Assembly (NCBI GenBank): GCA_977030845.1
Contig: OZ365111.1
Location: 8,866,001-8,930,000, forward strand
DNA from: Fimbriosthenelais zetlandica
Taxonomy: Eukaryota
Direction: 5' to 3'
DNA: 64,000 nucleotides
Shown here piece by piece: positions 13,172-27,649 of this stretch (position 1 is the stretch's first letter; every line of letters begins with the position of its first letter). The notes beneath the pieces are model-generated. The model was not told the DNA's origin, ran no database searches, and worked only from the letters and a program-made list of their open reading frames with translations. Made by a program: the position numbers and the translations under genes.

Positions 13172-16100
13172 ACAAAAATATCTGACGCCGTATAGCCCAA
13201 ATTGTGATGAGAAAGTGGGGCATGCGAGGGTAGCGAGAGGGATAGGACAGATACATATACATCAAACATCTACTGCCCTGTTGGAAAGGTTAATACAGAA
13301 CCCACCCTCTTTGAACAAACGTATAACAGAAAAATATGTTATCTCTTGGTGCTTTTAGCACTTTTAAGCACTAGAGAAATGCAGTGTTTAGGTCATAATG
13401 CATGGCAGAGATTAGGAAAGACTAATCTGAAGCTTAAATAACATGTCACCAAAAAGGTTTCAGGTGTTCAAAGCTATGAAGGGCATGTCTAACAGAATCA
13501 CTTATATGTCGATGGCTACCAAGCCTCCAAGAGATTTAGCATTATAGTGAACAGCACAGGGCTTTCCTTCTCCGCTGCCGATTGGGTCCCCTGGAGGCTG
13601 GGTCTCCGTACATCGCCATCTCATGTGGGATGAGACAAGGCCGCTGAACAGGCGTCCAGTACCTGGCTTAAGACAGGAATTTCCTTTTCCAAATACGCTT
13701 AAAATTTTTGCAGAAATGGCCCCTGAACTACTCAGACAGAATCCTTAATCTGAATTGTAGAATCCATTTAGTCATGTTACCTCCATTAAATCTTTTTACA
13801 TGGGTTAATGGAGGTTATGAGTTTGTGCCTTGCTTCTATGACAGCGTATTCTGCAAGCTACAGTAATGAAGATCCTCCATGATACAGGAGTATCAATCAC
13901 AGCCTGAACAATGCATAGACATACTGAGGCATGTGTGCATCTTAAAGACGCGGATGTAGTCCTTGGTACTGAGGGCTGAAAATACAGTCTGTACCTACTC
14001 TTATATCTTCATTGACAATGAAGTCATCCAGATACCATGTAAACTCAGGCATATGAGATCCGTACAAGGGTCAAGTAGATATAGCCAAATTACTTATTAC
14101 TTGTAGATATTGCTTTCGGACGAGTCAGCATGGGTTACAGTATACCAATAGAAAATTCTCCTATATACAATATGTAGCATACATATCGTGATAGCAACCT
14201 AGGAGACCACATTATTAGGCCTACTCACATATCTCTAGAGGATATGATAACTTATTCTGTTGCATAGTTTGTGTTTTGACAGTATTGTTTTTTACGTGGG
14301 GACTTTAGCTAAAGAACACAGAGTGGGCTCCCTCTTGCCTTTGCACACCTTTCCTGTGGGAGAGCCATAAATTTATAATAGGCGCGCTGCTTCTATCAAG
14401 GTGCGGTAGAACAGTGACAGATCTCCATTTATCCATCATTCATGCTTTTTACAGGCATCTTGGTCATTCATATTTGGTGCTGATTGATCGGACACACAGT
14501 AACCCAGCTATGTATGGATATATAGAAGGACATAAATAAGTAAACACAATCTGTCTTAGATATGTACATGTGGTTGAGGGAATCTTTGTAACAATGATGG
14601 AAGAGTAGTAATTGTAATGTACCATGCGTACAGGTAACCAAAGCCCTTTCTATATTACAGAAGAAGGTAGTTTTTGTTTGTCTTTATCCCCTTCTGCAGA
14701 TTAGATACTTTGGCTTCCAGCTGGTGTTCCAATGTCAGTTTCCCTCCCAAACAGATCCTTTTTGCATTACAGAACAAAAGATGAAATGACCCGCAAGAAA
14801 AACTAGTAATATTATGCAGCTGCGGCATTGGAGTGGCTTCCAGCAAGTCATTTAAGAACCAAAGGGAAAAAGGGCATATGGCTTGGCAAGCTTTAAGATG
14901 TAGAGGAGAGCTGGATTTGGTGGTCGGCCTTCACAGGGAGGAGTTTATGGCCAAGTCTGGCAGACTGGCAGACTGTCAGAGGGAGGGACCACCTGCGCCC
15001 GTCCATCAGACCATGCTACCTTCCACCTTCTCTACCTTCCTCCCAGTAGACTCTTGCCTTTGTTTTCGATGACATGCCTCTTTCCTGACTTCTGCAGTCA
15101 ATCTGGAACTTTAACAATCTGCATAATTATGATCATCCAGGGATCTATTCAGTAGGAGAACCTTTTTTCCGGTTTCTCTCCAGCTATGTTCGACTATCAG
15201 TAATATTGAGAATGGCCTAAGATAACAGCATACAGGCCATAATCTCCTAACTCCTTTCTATGCTACTGGCATTACAGCCAACTTTTCCATGTAGGCCTAC
15301 TATACGATGTGAGATATGCGCTATGATGCTGTCCTATCAGAGTTTATGAAACACTATCAATCTACCCCTAATTGACATTGTCAGACCAAGTAGCATCCCC
15401 ACATACATACATTCCCGGAACAGAATGATTGATGGAAATGTCGAGGCCTATGATATAAAAGCATTTATCACCTCCACGGATCAGACACCTTAAAAATCTG
15501 TCAACCGCCTCTAATATTTCCTCTAAAAGACTTGGTTTTGCTCTCTCCAGGGTTCTCATTTGTAGCCACTTTTTATCCCATCAACTTGTCAGAGTAACAT
15601 GCGAGAAGGCCAATGGCTTGTTTTTTTATGTCGGTAGTATTGTGTTTACATGCTTTGGGCGAGTAAGAGCAATGAATTGCCCGGCCTGCCATTGCTAGCC
15701 CCTCCCCTGCCCCCATTACCCCAACCATCAAAGTTCATTGACATGATGAAAACAATATATCAAGATCAACACCGTCATTTTTTAATTAAAAAAAATATCT
15801 ATTCTGAAGTAGAGAAGAATCAACCTTTAAAATCGCGAATAAGGAGGGATCCAAGGCGGGGTAATGGTTCATGAATGTGTGGGGTAATATTTTTTGTCGT
15901 GCCTATGTATTATGTAATGAGCTGATAAATGTCATTTGAAACAAGCAACACATCCATTATTTACTGGAACCTAATGGCCTTTAACAAAATTGATCGATAC
16001 TTGACGCTGAGAGGGAATTACCAGCCTCAGGGCCATTTATAAGCAAGCCTGCGCTATAACTTAGTTGGTGACAGAATACAAAATGAGTCTGCAGGCAAAG

Positions 16101-19100
16101 TGCTAAAAAATAGCGACATGAATCCATGCCCTAGTAATTTATATCGAGGAAATCGACTTAGCTTTAAAATGTGAAGAAAACCATCATAATTGATGGTAAT
16201 ATGCGTAATTAGTCTATTATTGAGATTTCATTCATGATAGGCATTGTAGGTAGGCTAGGTCTTTGTGGATATAATTATATATATATCAATACTACATATA
16301 TATACCATGATTATTAATGAGCACTAATGGCAGTGACAAATACCTGTCTTAACACAAAATCTAGTTGGTCACCAGTAATGGCTTTTCACCATTCAGAGCT
16401 GCTGACCTTTTACCCATGGGTTAGGCCAAGTCCACCTCACTGGAAAGATGAGTGAAAAGCCCTACATGAGGAGGCCCCATCTCTCAACCACCTCACTGCT
16501 TTCACAAATTACCAATGCATTGCTGATACTCATGAGCCCTCGGCCGCATGGCCCTCTGGGATTGCGACCTGAGGCTCTGCTTCCGGTTTGGTGATAGGGA
16601 ACGATTCAGGGTGACTTGAAGAGTCACCTGGTGCATAATTCCTGGGTGAGAAGCCCGTTCATTCCAGGTCTATATCCACCACAGGTAAATGGGCGTCCCG
16701 GATAGAAAAACAAGCCGCAGGAATGTGGGGCATTGAGTCAGATATGATAGAAAATGATTTTCCATCTGCAATGCATTATTACCAGTGTCGTTGTCAATCA
16801 AGTCAGATATTCACCATTTTCATATTTTTTCGGAAATAATTTGTGGTGAAGTGACAAGAGGTTTTGGGTAAGGCAACAATAGAAATTCACATTCAAGAAT
16901 AGATGTCATTGAAAAGTATGAACATACATGGCTAATAATAAGATGAAGTCATTGCGTTTCGATACATCATGCTGCAGTGCTCACACTGACAGAGAAAGTA
17001 GATGGTGCTATGACACTGTTTACACTGACTTCATCTGTCATTCAGTCAGCTTCCGGCAGCGACTTTCAAACGCCACTGACGTGCATCACCAAAGAGAAGC
17101 GGAATAAAACCCACCTCTTCCCTCAATAGGCTCTAGAAGTGTGGGGATTAAAAAACAGATGTGGATCTTAAGAGCCTCCTCGTTTAACACTGTGTGATCT
17201 CAATTTCAATTTAGACTCCCTTGATAAATAACATGCTTTGGTCGCTTGGTTGCGTCTTTAGTCCATGAACATTAAATTCATGGGTTGTTTGCTAACCTTT
17301 CAGTTGAAATCATTTCATGGTAACAGACTGCAGTGCGCTACTAGGGCCTACACAACTCCTGAACAAAGTGAACTGCTTTCCGACCATGCAGCTTGCAGGC
17401 AACTAATTAGAAACAGTTTTGTTGTCTTGCTCAATTTGCTATCTGTTCAGGAAAACCAGATAGGTGGGATGAAATTAATAATAGGAAGTTTCACAAATAA
17501 CGTATTTTCCACAGTATGAATTTCTATGTGAAGAAGAATCTTTTTGTTTTAAGAAATCTTAAATGTCATTTTGCAGCCTGTTCAAGCCGTGCCTCGGTGT
17601 CTGTAACAATTCAACATGGATACTTGAAAGTACTTGAGGCACAAGTGTTGAGAAATGGATTTTTTGAAACAAGTTGCAGACGTTTTGAATTAGGCATAAA
17701 AAAATGATTCACAACGATACACGAGAAAGGCATTCAATTTCAAACCATGATAAAGTGAGATGCTTCCTCTCAATTCATCAATAAATTGAAATATACTATA
17801 GAATGTGAGTACATAATTCTGGTGTGTTTAAACCCAGCCATACCCATTGATAGTGATTCCCATTATTCATGGCCGTCTGTGTCACATGCTATCACATGAT
17901 TGCAGCACATTAAACACAAAATAATGGCAGGTAATTATTACAGGCTCACTAGTTATGACATTCAAACATCATAACAGCGGTCTGCAGGCCTGACGGAATC
18001 ACAGCATTATATCATTAGACAATTACAAATAGTTATAACCACAAATGCATCTCCATTCAGCATCCATTTTGCAATAGTTGCCTGGCAATTTGAGAGCAAT
18101 TTGTGAAGTATTTTATCCAGATTTGCACAGTTTTAATACCTCTGATACAAAGAAATTGCTACAGATTTTAATGGCATCATGCACAAATATTTCAACAGGC
18201 ATGCACTGAATGGACACGGATATTTGATCTACTATCTACTATGGCTGTTATCTTGAAAACATAAGAGTACTAGAGAATTTTGATACTAAAATGAAATCAT
18301 CTATATATTTTGAACATCAAGAAGATGAAGAGATCAGAGTCTCCTCATAGGCAGGAAGTCCATTGTGTTTCTAACATAACGCCAATCAATATTTTGGATT
18401 TATAGTCATATCAGTATGACATACCTTTTGACAATATATTGGCTTCTATAAGTCAAGGGAATGACGGTATACCATATACATGTAGTGCCATGGCCTTACA
18501 ATACTGTCTCTCATTCCGGGAGCTTCACCTGCCTGTGAAGTATTTCTGACAGCATTCATTTGTCTGAAAAAGGAACCTCATTCAAAGGACATTTCCCCTC
18601 TGCTTGTATGTATGGATATCTGGCGCTCATAAGCAACCCTGTAATCCATCATATATGGACCTCTGATATTGGACCTGCCTCCATTTACAAATCCACTGAG
18701 AAATCAAGAATGGAACAGTTCTGTGACAAGTCAGAATGTCGGCTTTTTCCATGACTTGCATACCCATCCTCAGAACAGGCTTTGGACAGGACCGGCAACT
18801 ATACCACGACCAACATATGGCAGGGCGATGAAACAAATGCGCCCGCTGAAATATGCATAGAATCCTCTGCCTTGCAACACTTGCTGAGAATAGAAGTAAA
18901 AAAAATGCACTACAGCTAAAGTCATTATTCAAAATTACACACTGATCTCTCGACCAATTCCCAACAGAAGGTGGTCCCAGTCCCATCAGTCATTTTAATT
19001 CAATTATTGCTTGTAGCTTTACTTATTGGCAGGCGTACTATTTAACCTAGAGAAAGATAAAGGTCAGCTAACCCGAGAAGCCCAGAGTTCCTGTGAGGGT

Positions 19101-20073
19101 AGCTCACTTACAAGTTGATAGAGCCCAGCTCGACCCTGTACTGGCTGTAGTTACGTGCTAATGCGCAACGTTGCTGCGCACTTCGGTGAAAGGCGCTAAG
19201 GGCGACCGCAGAGCAGTTATATAATTGAAATGGCAGGGGACAAAGCAAGACCCTTAGATCAATCATCATAATCTCTGTCGGAATTAATACACATCTTTGG
19301 GTTTCTATTGTGGTGCTATCTCCACAAGTCAATGTCCCAGCTGAATGACACAAGATGTGATAGAATGGCATGAATGCATGCAATGGGTCTTCTGGGTCAT
19401 TCACATTTATAACTTAAGTGGTGATTAACCGTAAAGCCTGGGCCACATAGAGCCGATTCTCCAAGCGATTGTAGAGCAATACTATTTCTATTCACACCCA
19501 ATGCTTGTAATTCTAACAGTCCTTTAAACATAACTAAGGCTTACCACTGACAAATTACAATTTCCAAAATTTAATTCATTTCATACAATTTTCTGGCAAT
19601 ATCAGATATGAAATAATAGGTCATTCCTCACCCCTTTCAACATAACTATACAACAATAAGCATGGGTCTTCCCTCTCAACAGTAATGAGTACATTCCTGG
19701 CCCTCTTTAGTTACACACCATTAGAAGAACAAGTCAATTTTTCTGCTCCCACCAGTAACTATTTTAGAAGTGAAGTTCGCTTGTCTGGAAATCCAATTGT
19801 AAGTACCCTTTTGACCCCAAAATGGATACCAGTCGGTAATAAACAATTTGATACATTTGAACACTCTCAAGATCACTTAACTGAAAACCCCTTTAAAATA
19901 TTCATAAAGCCATAATAGAATGTTCTCGCTGCCAATGTACTTCACCATTATTCATTTTATGACTAACGTCGCACAAACTTGCACCAGTTGAAAATTGAAA
20001 TCTACACGGAAGGTCGTAATCTCCAAATATCTAATGTAACATAAACATGTTAGAATATAGAAATATTTTGATC

Positions 20074-20298
20074 TTATATTTCAATATAAGCAGCTGGGTT
20101 ATAAACACGTCCATTTGGAACCAGAGAGGAGACACCAAATATCCATATGCACAACCATAAGTCTACCTGATTTCCCCGAATGACCGTGGGACAGTCTGAC
20201 CCTGTTTCCAGGCATAGACCATGTGATATAGATACCTCCTCCTGTAGTGACAACTTGTGCCAGAGGCTGGATAACGAGTATAGGAAGCTTCCCCTCAA
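20074..20298 (-). pseudogene. Possible L1-clade ORF2 C-terminal relic
   Basis: RGSFL..SSLWHK...GL...G...IRGNQVDLWLCIW loosely resembles the GSxxWxSI...GLRWxIGNG..IxLWxDxW region upstream of zf-RVT. Motif-level resemblance only. Confidence 0.15.
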
Positions 20299-21799
20299 AG
20301 CTGCTTGATACTGATATTGGCTCCGACCATCATATGTATATTACAGAGGATGTTAAGCAGCTTTCTAGATTTTAATATTAGGGAAACTGTCCTATAGCTT
20401 GTATTCACACCAGGTTTATTCGATCACTACCCATGGGGAGCCCACGTCTTTAATGCTCAAAATTGATGTCAAATAGTAAATTTAAACTGCACAAATTGTA
20501 GTGCATGAATTAGGAGTATGTTCCAAATATTGGAAAATAATTCCACGAATAAGTATGCAGTCCCAAATGACTCACGTTTTGTATATATTTGATTGATAAT
20601 ATTTTCACTACGACTGCATTCGCCAATTGGCACTGGCTTACAATTCCGGACTCAATATCCCACCGAGATAGTCAGACCATTATATGTATATGGCATGTGC
20701 TGATTATTTTCATAATAGTTGTTCATAACATTCTGATATGATCGGGATGGCCCGAGCTGGAGGGAATTCTCATACCGTGTGTAATGATATTGATCACCGG
20801 GAACCTTTTACCAAGTACTTGGGTGACTAGTGATACACCAGTGTATGAGTCAGTAGGGGCAGATGTGGAGCTGCTCACGCTAGAAGTCCTCAAGCAAACA
20901 CTTGTGGACTTGCTCTTGAGGTTCCACCTTGTGATTGAAAGCAATCTGGACCAGGGAAACATTTCAGCTATGAGCTCTGTCAGCTAGCCCCTAAGGGGGG
21001 ACACTCGGCTGGTATGCTCTAGAGGAGAGAGCCAACCGTGATTGGTAAACCAACATGTCATCAATACATCAAGCCATTCTGGTTGGCGACCTAAGGCAGG
21101 TCATTGTTAATCAGTGGATGAAGCAAGATGAAATATACTCTTTTCACCGAAACGACAGCTAAAGGCATTTAACGACAGGCGCAGTAAGCAATGAGAAAGC
21201 AGAATCAATTGAAAACATCCATTTTGATTTTTTTCCTCAGCCCCTTTGCTCTGATAATCAACTTGATCCATCATTTAAAAATCTGTTTGCGTAGTTTGTT
21301 TAGAATGAAATAAGGTTCTGCCTTTTGTGAAGATTGCTTTGACAGATAGAATGCAATTCAAATTTTATATGGGCTGATGATTCAGGGATGTCAGCACTTC
21401 TGGAATTGCATCTCTGCAATGACAGGAATGCAATTGCAAAGAGCAAAAGATTAAACCAGGGAGAACTGAATGCATGTATTGCAACTGGATACCACGGCAA
21501 TGTGGAAATGAGGGACTCTCCAATCAGCTCTCACTTCTCTTTTGGAAAGTTTAGAATTACCTTGCCCTGCAAGAACAAAATCTGCATGTGTGTGTTACTG
21601 AAGGGGTAATACCATGTTTGGAAGTGTTTCTATGGCATGCAGGCACACAGTTTCTACGTCTGAAAAAACCTGACATTTTACCACTGACTGTATGTGTAGG
21701 TCAGAGGTAAACTGAACTGAGTGTGAATACACATGTACGCGTGTGAGTACCACGTACGTGGCTCGAAACAATGACCTCAGCCATAGGCCTACCAATACG

Positions 21800-22160
21800 G
21801 CTTGAGCAGTCCATATAGCGGGCGTTGCAGAAAGAATTTTGATTCGAGAAAAATGTTGGCTTGCATACTGTTTTGTGATTCGCCATCGCCAAATATGGTT
21901 TGGCGATTTGCATCGCTAAAGCACCCATTTTTGGCCTATTTTTTGCGATGTCTTTCACCAACAACACATAGAAATACATAGGCTCTGGCCTAATTTTGGC
22001 GAGCAGAAACGCCAACAGCATTATTTGGCGAGGCAATTCTGATTCTGCAACCCCCGCATTGTTGCAACTACAGGTTTTTCACACGACGTCCCAGGCGTCA
22101 CAATGCGACGATCCGCTATATTGGACTATAACACTGCACATCTATGACGTTGTCTACGTC
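21800..22160. repeat. Degenerate TCGCCA/TGGCGA motif array with internal hairpin, MITE-like
   Basis: TCGCCA/TGGCGA occurs at 21880, 21886, 21901, 21997 and 22026. There is a perfect 9-bp inverted repeat ATCGCCAAA/TTTGGCGAT at 21885-21907. The region is CpG-enriched relative to its flanks. Confidence 0.4.
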
Positions 22161-25100
22161 CAAACAGCATGGCTTGCAAAGTTAAAAATAATAGTAGTAG
22201 TGAGCCACTAAAAGCTGTCATTGTACATGAATCGAGATATGCATGATCTTATTCTTTTTTCAGTTGGGAAAAAACTGCCCATAATGTATTAACGTTTAAT
22301 GGGCGAGTACAAGGGTAGTGATGTCCCTCATAGTTGGATATCCATAATGTATATGGCAAATATTTTTCTTCAGGGGATATTAACTTGATAGGACAATAAA
22401 AGAACGCCATGGCGAGGAAGGTCATTAAATTGTAACTGATAGCTCCAAAAATCCATAAATGCTGACAGATTTACTGGTTATGGAATATGCATCACGATCG
22501 AGGACGATATTAGTCCGAAAAATATTGAACACTGGGATTCATATTTGAAGGTAATGGTATTTTTTATAATGGTGTTTGACTTTGAAACGTTATCTTAGAT
22601 CTGAAACAGTTGGTCCTTTGAACCTGATTCTCCTCTACGTATGTTTCTTAACAAGGTCATCGTTCTCTTTAGGCAGATCACGAAGATACAAATCTAATGA
22701 GACGGGGCCTTCGAATCTTATAAATTCTTTATTGCCCTTTCGTCCTTAGAGAGCACTTGATCCATTATGTATTAAATGCCATCAAGAGATTTCGGAGCCA
22801 TGAGCACTAGCTAAAGAAGGAATATTTATACCCATAGAGTTAAGTGAGTGCCCTTGAAAGGCAGGGCATGGCCTTGTGAAAAGTGATAACATTTTATCGA
22901 GAAACACAGAAAAATATTTAAACTAGTGTTAATAAAATCACCATGAAATAATGTAACTTGGCAATAGATAATATTATAATGAGCCCTACGTAATCACCAT
23001 AAGGTTAATGTCCATTGGTTTCCACAAGGAAACTTTAATAACAGAACCTTGCCTGGAATATCTTATCCACTATGATAATCCTAACTAAATGCATCAGGGA
23101 AAGGTCTCCACGCTAAGGTATTAATTACCCTGAGGGTTCGCATTGATTCATTTACATTTTCACCATGGGGCAAATTGCTCGAGCATATTATCATGTATTG
23201 TGAATTGGTTGGCACTTAATCATTTAGTCCTGCCTAAACTCATGGTAATTAGTGCTAATGCCATGAGATGGAACAGCAATAGTTACACTGAATGACATTA
23301 GATAACAGTTCATCAATGCTGAACAGATGTGAAATCAGACTAAAGACTAAAGACATTGTGCTTGTTACTGGCATAATGCATAGACAAAAGCCGATGCTGT
23401 CAATGGCATCATAATGAACCTATTGAACATGTCATATAGGAAGTGATACAATAAGAAATTACCCAGTTGCATATATATGATGACGGGTAGGAGTTTAACA
23501 CCATGTCAGTGTCCAAATTCTTCTTGGTTCTCATAAAATAGAACACATAGTATTAGGCCTACCATTCATAAGATTTCAACAATGCAAAAAAAAAATCAGG
23601 GAAATGAGAATTGGTATTGTGAATGACCTCTTCGTGTAAGCATATCTGTTTTACTTTGGTGAAGTTCAGAGCTTGGTATCAATTTCCTGTATGCGCACGC
23701 AGGCTGCCGCAACTCGCCCACATATTTCCATTCAGCGTGATCGAGCTGGCAAAAGGGGAGTCCATGTTTGATCAAACTTAAGCTGGGGCAGCAGTACTTG
23801 ACAGTGAGAGAGGACTCTTTGTTTGTCCCGAGTGACTCTTAGGGGTTTGATTACGTAGGAGGACATGTCAGGAAACAAGAATCTAGCATGAAAGAAGGAG
23901 GTGGAGAAGGGTACAGGAAAGCATTTGAGAGATGAAGTAGAACAAAACAATGCATTGGTTTTTCCATTATCTCTAACAAAACGCATATAAATTTAGTGAG
24001 AAAACAACATGAATACAGAATGGGAAAATACCATTTTCATTTCATCTGACTTATGCTGGTCAGTTCTACATTGCCATTAGTCATATATGCACCATCTAAT
24101 ATCTAGTTATCTAATATCCTAAGTAACCTTTAAAAGCATGGGGCTATTATGGAAACTACATCATGCACTTGTCCAAGAAAGAGTATCTATTAATATTGGC
24201 ATACAATGCTTAGTTCTAAAATATTGTTATGTGTATCCTTCCGCTTTCCCACTCAAGGCCCTCCTTTGCTAATTTTGTTACTAAACACCACAACCTGCCC
24301 CACGGCCACAATGTAATTCGAAGCTGCCTCCACCAACTATGCAGTCTGGGCAACTTTACATGGTATAAACAAACCCTATGGGAATCAGAGTTTCTACTTT
24401 GTGTAGACTAGCCAGTTCCCATGAGTAGTCATATTATGTGAAAGACACTTGTCCCAGAGAAAATTCCCTTGTTGGTGAGTTATAGTAAATGTTCTAGTAT
24501 ACCCCAAGCAGGTAGTTCCGATGCAGCTCAGCTGGTGCTCAGAGCAAGACCTGACCTGCTCAGCTTCTCACCATACATCTAATATTCATTGAGAAAGAAT
24601 AGGGAAGAAAGAAGCATAATAGCGATGAGGAGTAATTTCCATGGAACTGGAGCAGCACAACAGTAAAGGCAGAGAAAATGTCCATTGAGGACTAATATGA
24701 TTATTCTATTATGAATGACTATGGATCGCGAGCGCTTTTGTTGTAGCATTCTTCGCTGAATGTCATGCAAAAGTACATCAAGATCTGTAACATTCCTATC
24801 CCTTTTTCGGTCAGTGAAATATGACACCGAGGTTAATCAAAATACTCCTGCAGAAATGTACAGGTCTTTATTACCGTTACCCTATAAGATCGAGATTACT
24901 GCATTTTCCTGAAAGAGGAGAGAGTACAGAAGCGATGTATTTCGATAACATTCGCTTATTTCTTTGTGATCAGAATCAGACCCCAAATTGCAGATAGGTA
25001 TGTGATGTGCAGTTTCTATTTGGAAATACCCAATTCAAAACTAATTCAGGGTATATATTTTTTAAAGATCAGTTTTCATGTTCAACAAAATTATGTTTCC

Positions 25101-27605
25101 TTGGTAATCTGCACACAGTTAGAACTTAGAATTGTATAAAAATAATGTTCCATTGATTTACCAAAATTTAGTTACATCGGACGTCACGAATTGTCAAGAA
25201 AAGATTAGTTTGCATCCAATTGTGGAAAGTTTTGGCAGGTTCCTCGGGCATTGATTCCACTTAAAAAGCTGCTCACGTATTTTGCCTGTGAGCATGAATA
25301 TGTGTTTGGCAGAGTCTTTAAAATATACTGAAAAAAAACAAGGGAAATATTTGTTGTTCCACGGGGGAACTCTTCTTTCCACCACTACATACATGTAATC
25401 TGGCCAAACACACTCGAGACATGCAAAAGCTTCTTAATCTCTTCTGTAGGCGCCACAAGCCTATTAAATATGCATCACCTATTCACATTTCGGCTCGTCA
25501 TCAGAGCACATATACTGTAAACGTCATCAGATCTTGTGCACCGTTAGAGGAGTGACCTACGTTGTAGCAGGATAGTCTATGACGTCATCGTCACCTTACA
25601 AATCTGATGTCACATTAATCGTCTCCTCACGAAGTCTGCTGAATTTCCCACCTCCATCTGGGAGGGTGCCTAATGATATTTTTACGATATGAGGAGTTAT
25701 AAAAAGAGGTGCGGGTCTAGAAGTTTAGAGGGGCTTTCTGCTGAAGTATGACTGGTTTTATGCATGACTAAGGCAGGGTCAGACATTGAAGGTCATAGTC
25801 ACTACGACGTGAATATATATCCATGTCATCCTGATATTGTTAGCCTCAGGCTACACCTCTATATTAAGATAAGTCTCATATTTTGAGAAAGACAGCCACT
25901 TGGGCACTACAGGGCAATTAACTAATTCATATCGATTTGAATTTAACGCCATTAACTGATTTATCCACTCCAATCTCTCGTCTCAAAATTGTAGGCCTTC
26001 TGTTTTAAAATCACTTACACTATGACAATGAGTTGTATTTGCAACATGCTAAAAACAACCTCTGGATGATATTTTGTATCACTCTCTCAATACATGTGTA
26101 TTACTTGAATAAATGCATACCTTCCATCAGCGATTCTACAATTTTGAATCCAGAATGAAAATCTTATTCCCTCTAAACAAGACTAATTGGAAAGTAATGT
26201 TTTATCATTTCTCAATTAACACTGACTTCACATTGAACAGGTTTTAAATCTGCTAAAGCCATACATGTTTCGATATAGTGCAAGGGAAGCTAACGTCGTA
26301 ATTTCTCCTGTTATGTCAAATGAATACTGATAGTGGATAAAAGCTTGCATTTTAATGCAATGCACATTTCAATGGTGCTTGGGGTTCGCATTCAAGGTCG
26401 TAGACCCTTTTATCTCAATCCTAAATAAATTAATTTGCAGAATCCTCTTGCAAGTTTAATAGGATTGGAGCTGTCTAGTTTAGGAAACGAGTCGTTCCTA
26501 CAACAAAATTGAGGACTTCATTTAGAGGGCTACCAGTCCCCAGTGGACTGGGCCAACCCCTCTCGGCCTAAAAGACCCTCTATGGGTGAGGTCATGAATT
26601 ATTGAAATGAATCTCGGCTTTATATATCAGAGCTGGCAGTTCCTGGATTGGTTTGGAGAGAAAAGCCCGTTCAAGCTTATTAGCTGTGGCCTTAGTTTCT
26701 GGTGTGACTCTGTGATGGACACAGGGCACTAAAATTTAATGAACTCTTAAGCCAATGATCAAGGCCGGAAATCACCTCTACCAATTTGGAGATGCTATAT
26801 ATGGGGCACCTGCTAACAGAAGAGCATATCCCAGCATAAGAAATAAGATCTTAATAGTGAACAAGCTAGGATGGGAATTACTGGGAACCTCCAAGCATGA
26901 ACCATCTATACATATTAGAGCATTGAAGGCACCGACCATTTCCATGGATTGCCTCAGTAATGGTTCCATCCTCAAGGCGTCCTACTGCTATATACCCACA
27001 TCCACCCCATCGCCCAATTTATCCTTTAAATTTTGAATTGAACCAACGAGTATCCTCGCTGATTCAACATAAGGGTCGCCTTCCACAGCTGCGAGTTTAC
27101 TTGCGATACTATTGCGACAACAGTGATGTTTGTTTTGCAATCTAATTTTAAAAATTAAGTTGAGGTGGACAAGGCCTTGTGGCCATCCTCAAGTGGAAAT
27201 GTTTATATTGCCACACAAGCATCACCTAATTCAGTTGTGTGGCAAGCAAAATCGCAGCAGTGGCGTACAGGCTTTAGTATCATAAGGAAAGCTTTACTTT
27301 CGAGCTGGCTATTGCAGGGACTTCAGAGTATCGGGAGCATGTGAAGTTACTTTGGATGGGCTCTCATGTTAGATTCTGATGGTTTTGGACAAGCAGGGTG
27401 TCAGCAGGAGATGACACCAAGAGGCAGTGGCTTTCACACTCTCTACATAGGATCGAGACATACGGTATATCTCTATTACAAGAGACTGATAGTGTGGCTA
27501 ACTAAACTGGTGGAATAATCTACCTAGTCATTGGTTTTCACAACTTTATTACTGGTACTTTTTTGTTTTCAGTATTTTGTTCACTCTTTTTCTCTTTTTT
27601 TATTT

Positions 27606-27649
27606 GGGTGGGTGGGGTGGGAGGTGGAGCGGGGGGGGGGGGGGCGGGG
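27606..27649 (+). other. G-quadruplex-forming tract with G14 run
   Basis: GGGTGGGTGGGGTGGG (27606-27621, 1-nt loops) followed by G14 (27631-27644) and GGGG. Confidence 0.75.

Noticed and set aside
15368-15559. LINE RT-like EEILEAV-x-GGD (cf. EEIxxAI...PGPDG)
   Set aside because: Spacing fits, but there are few identities and no following YRPISL motif.
18669-18860. Gypsy integrase C-terminal WTGPxTI
   Set aside because: A 4-5 residue match only, with no supporting context.
26778-26975. RNase H-like ICIDGSCL
   Set aside because: No downstream NNxAEL or other RNase H motifs.
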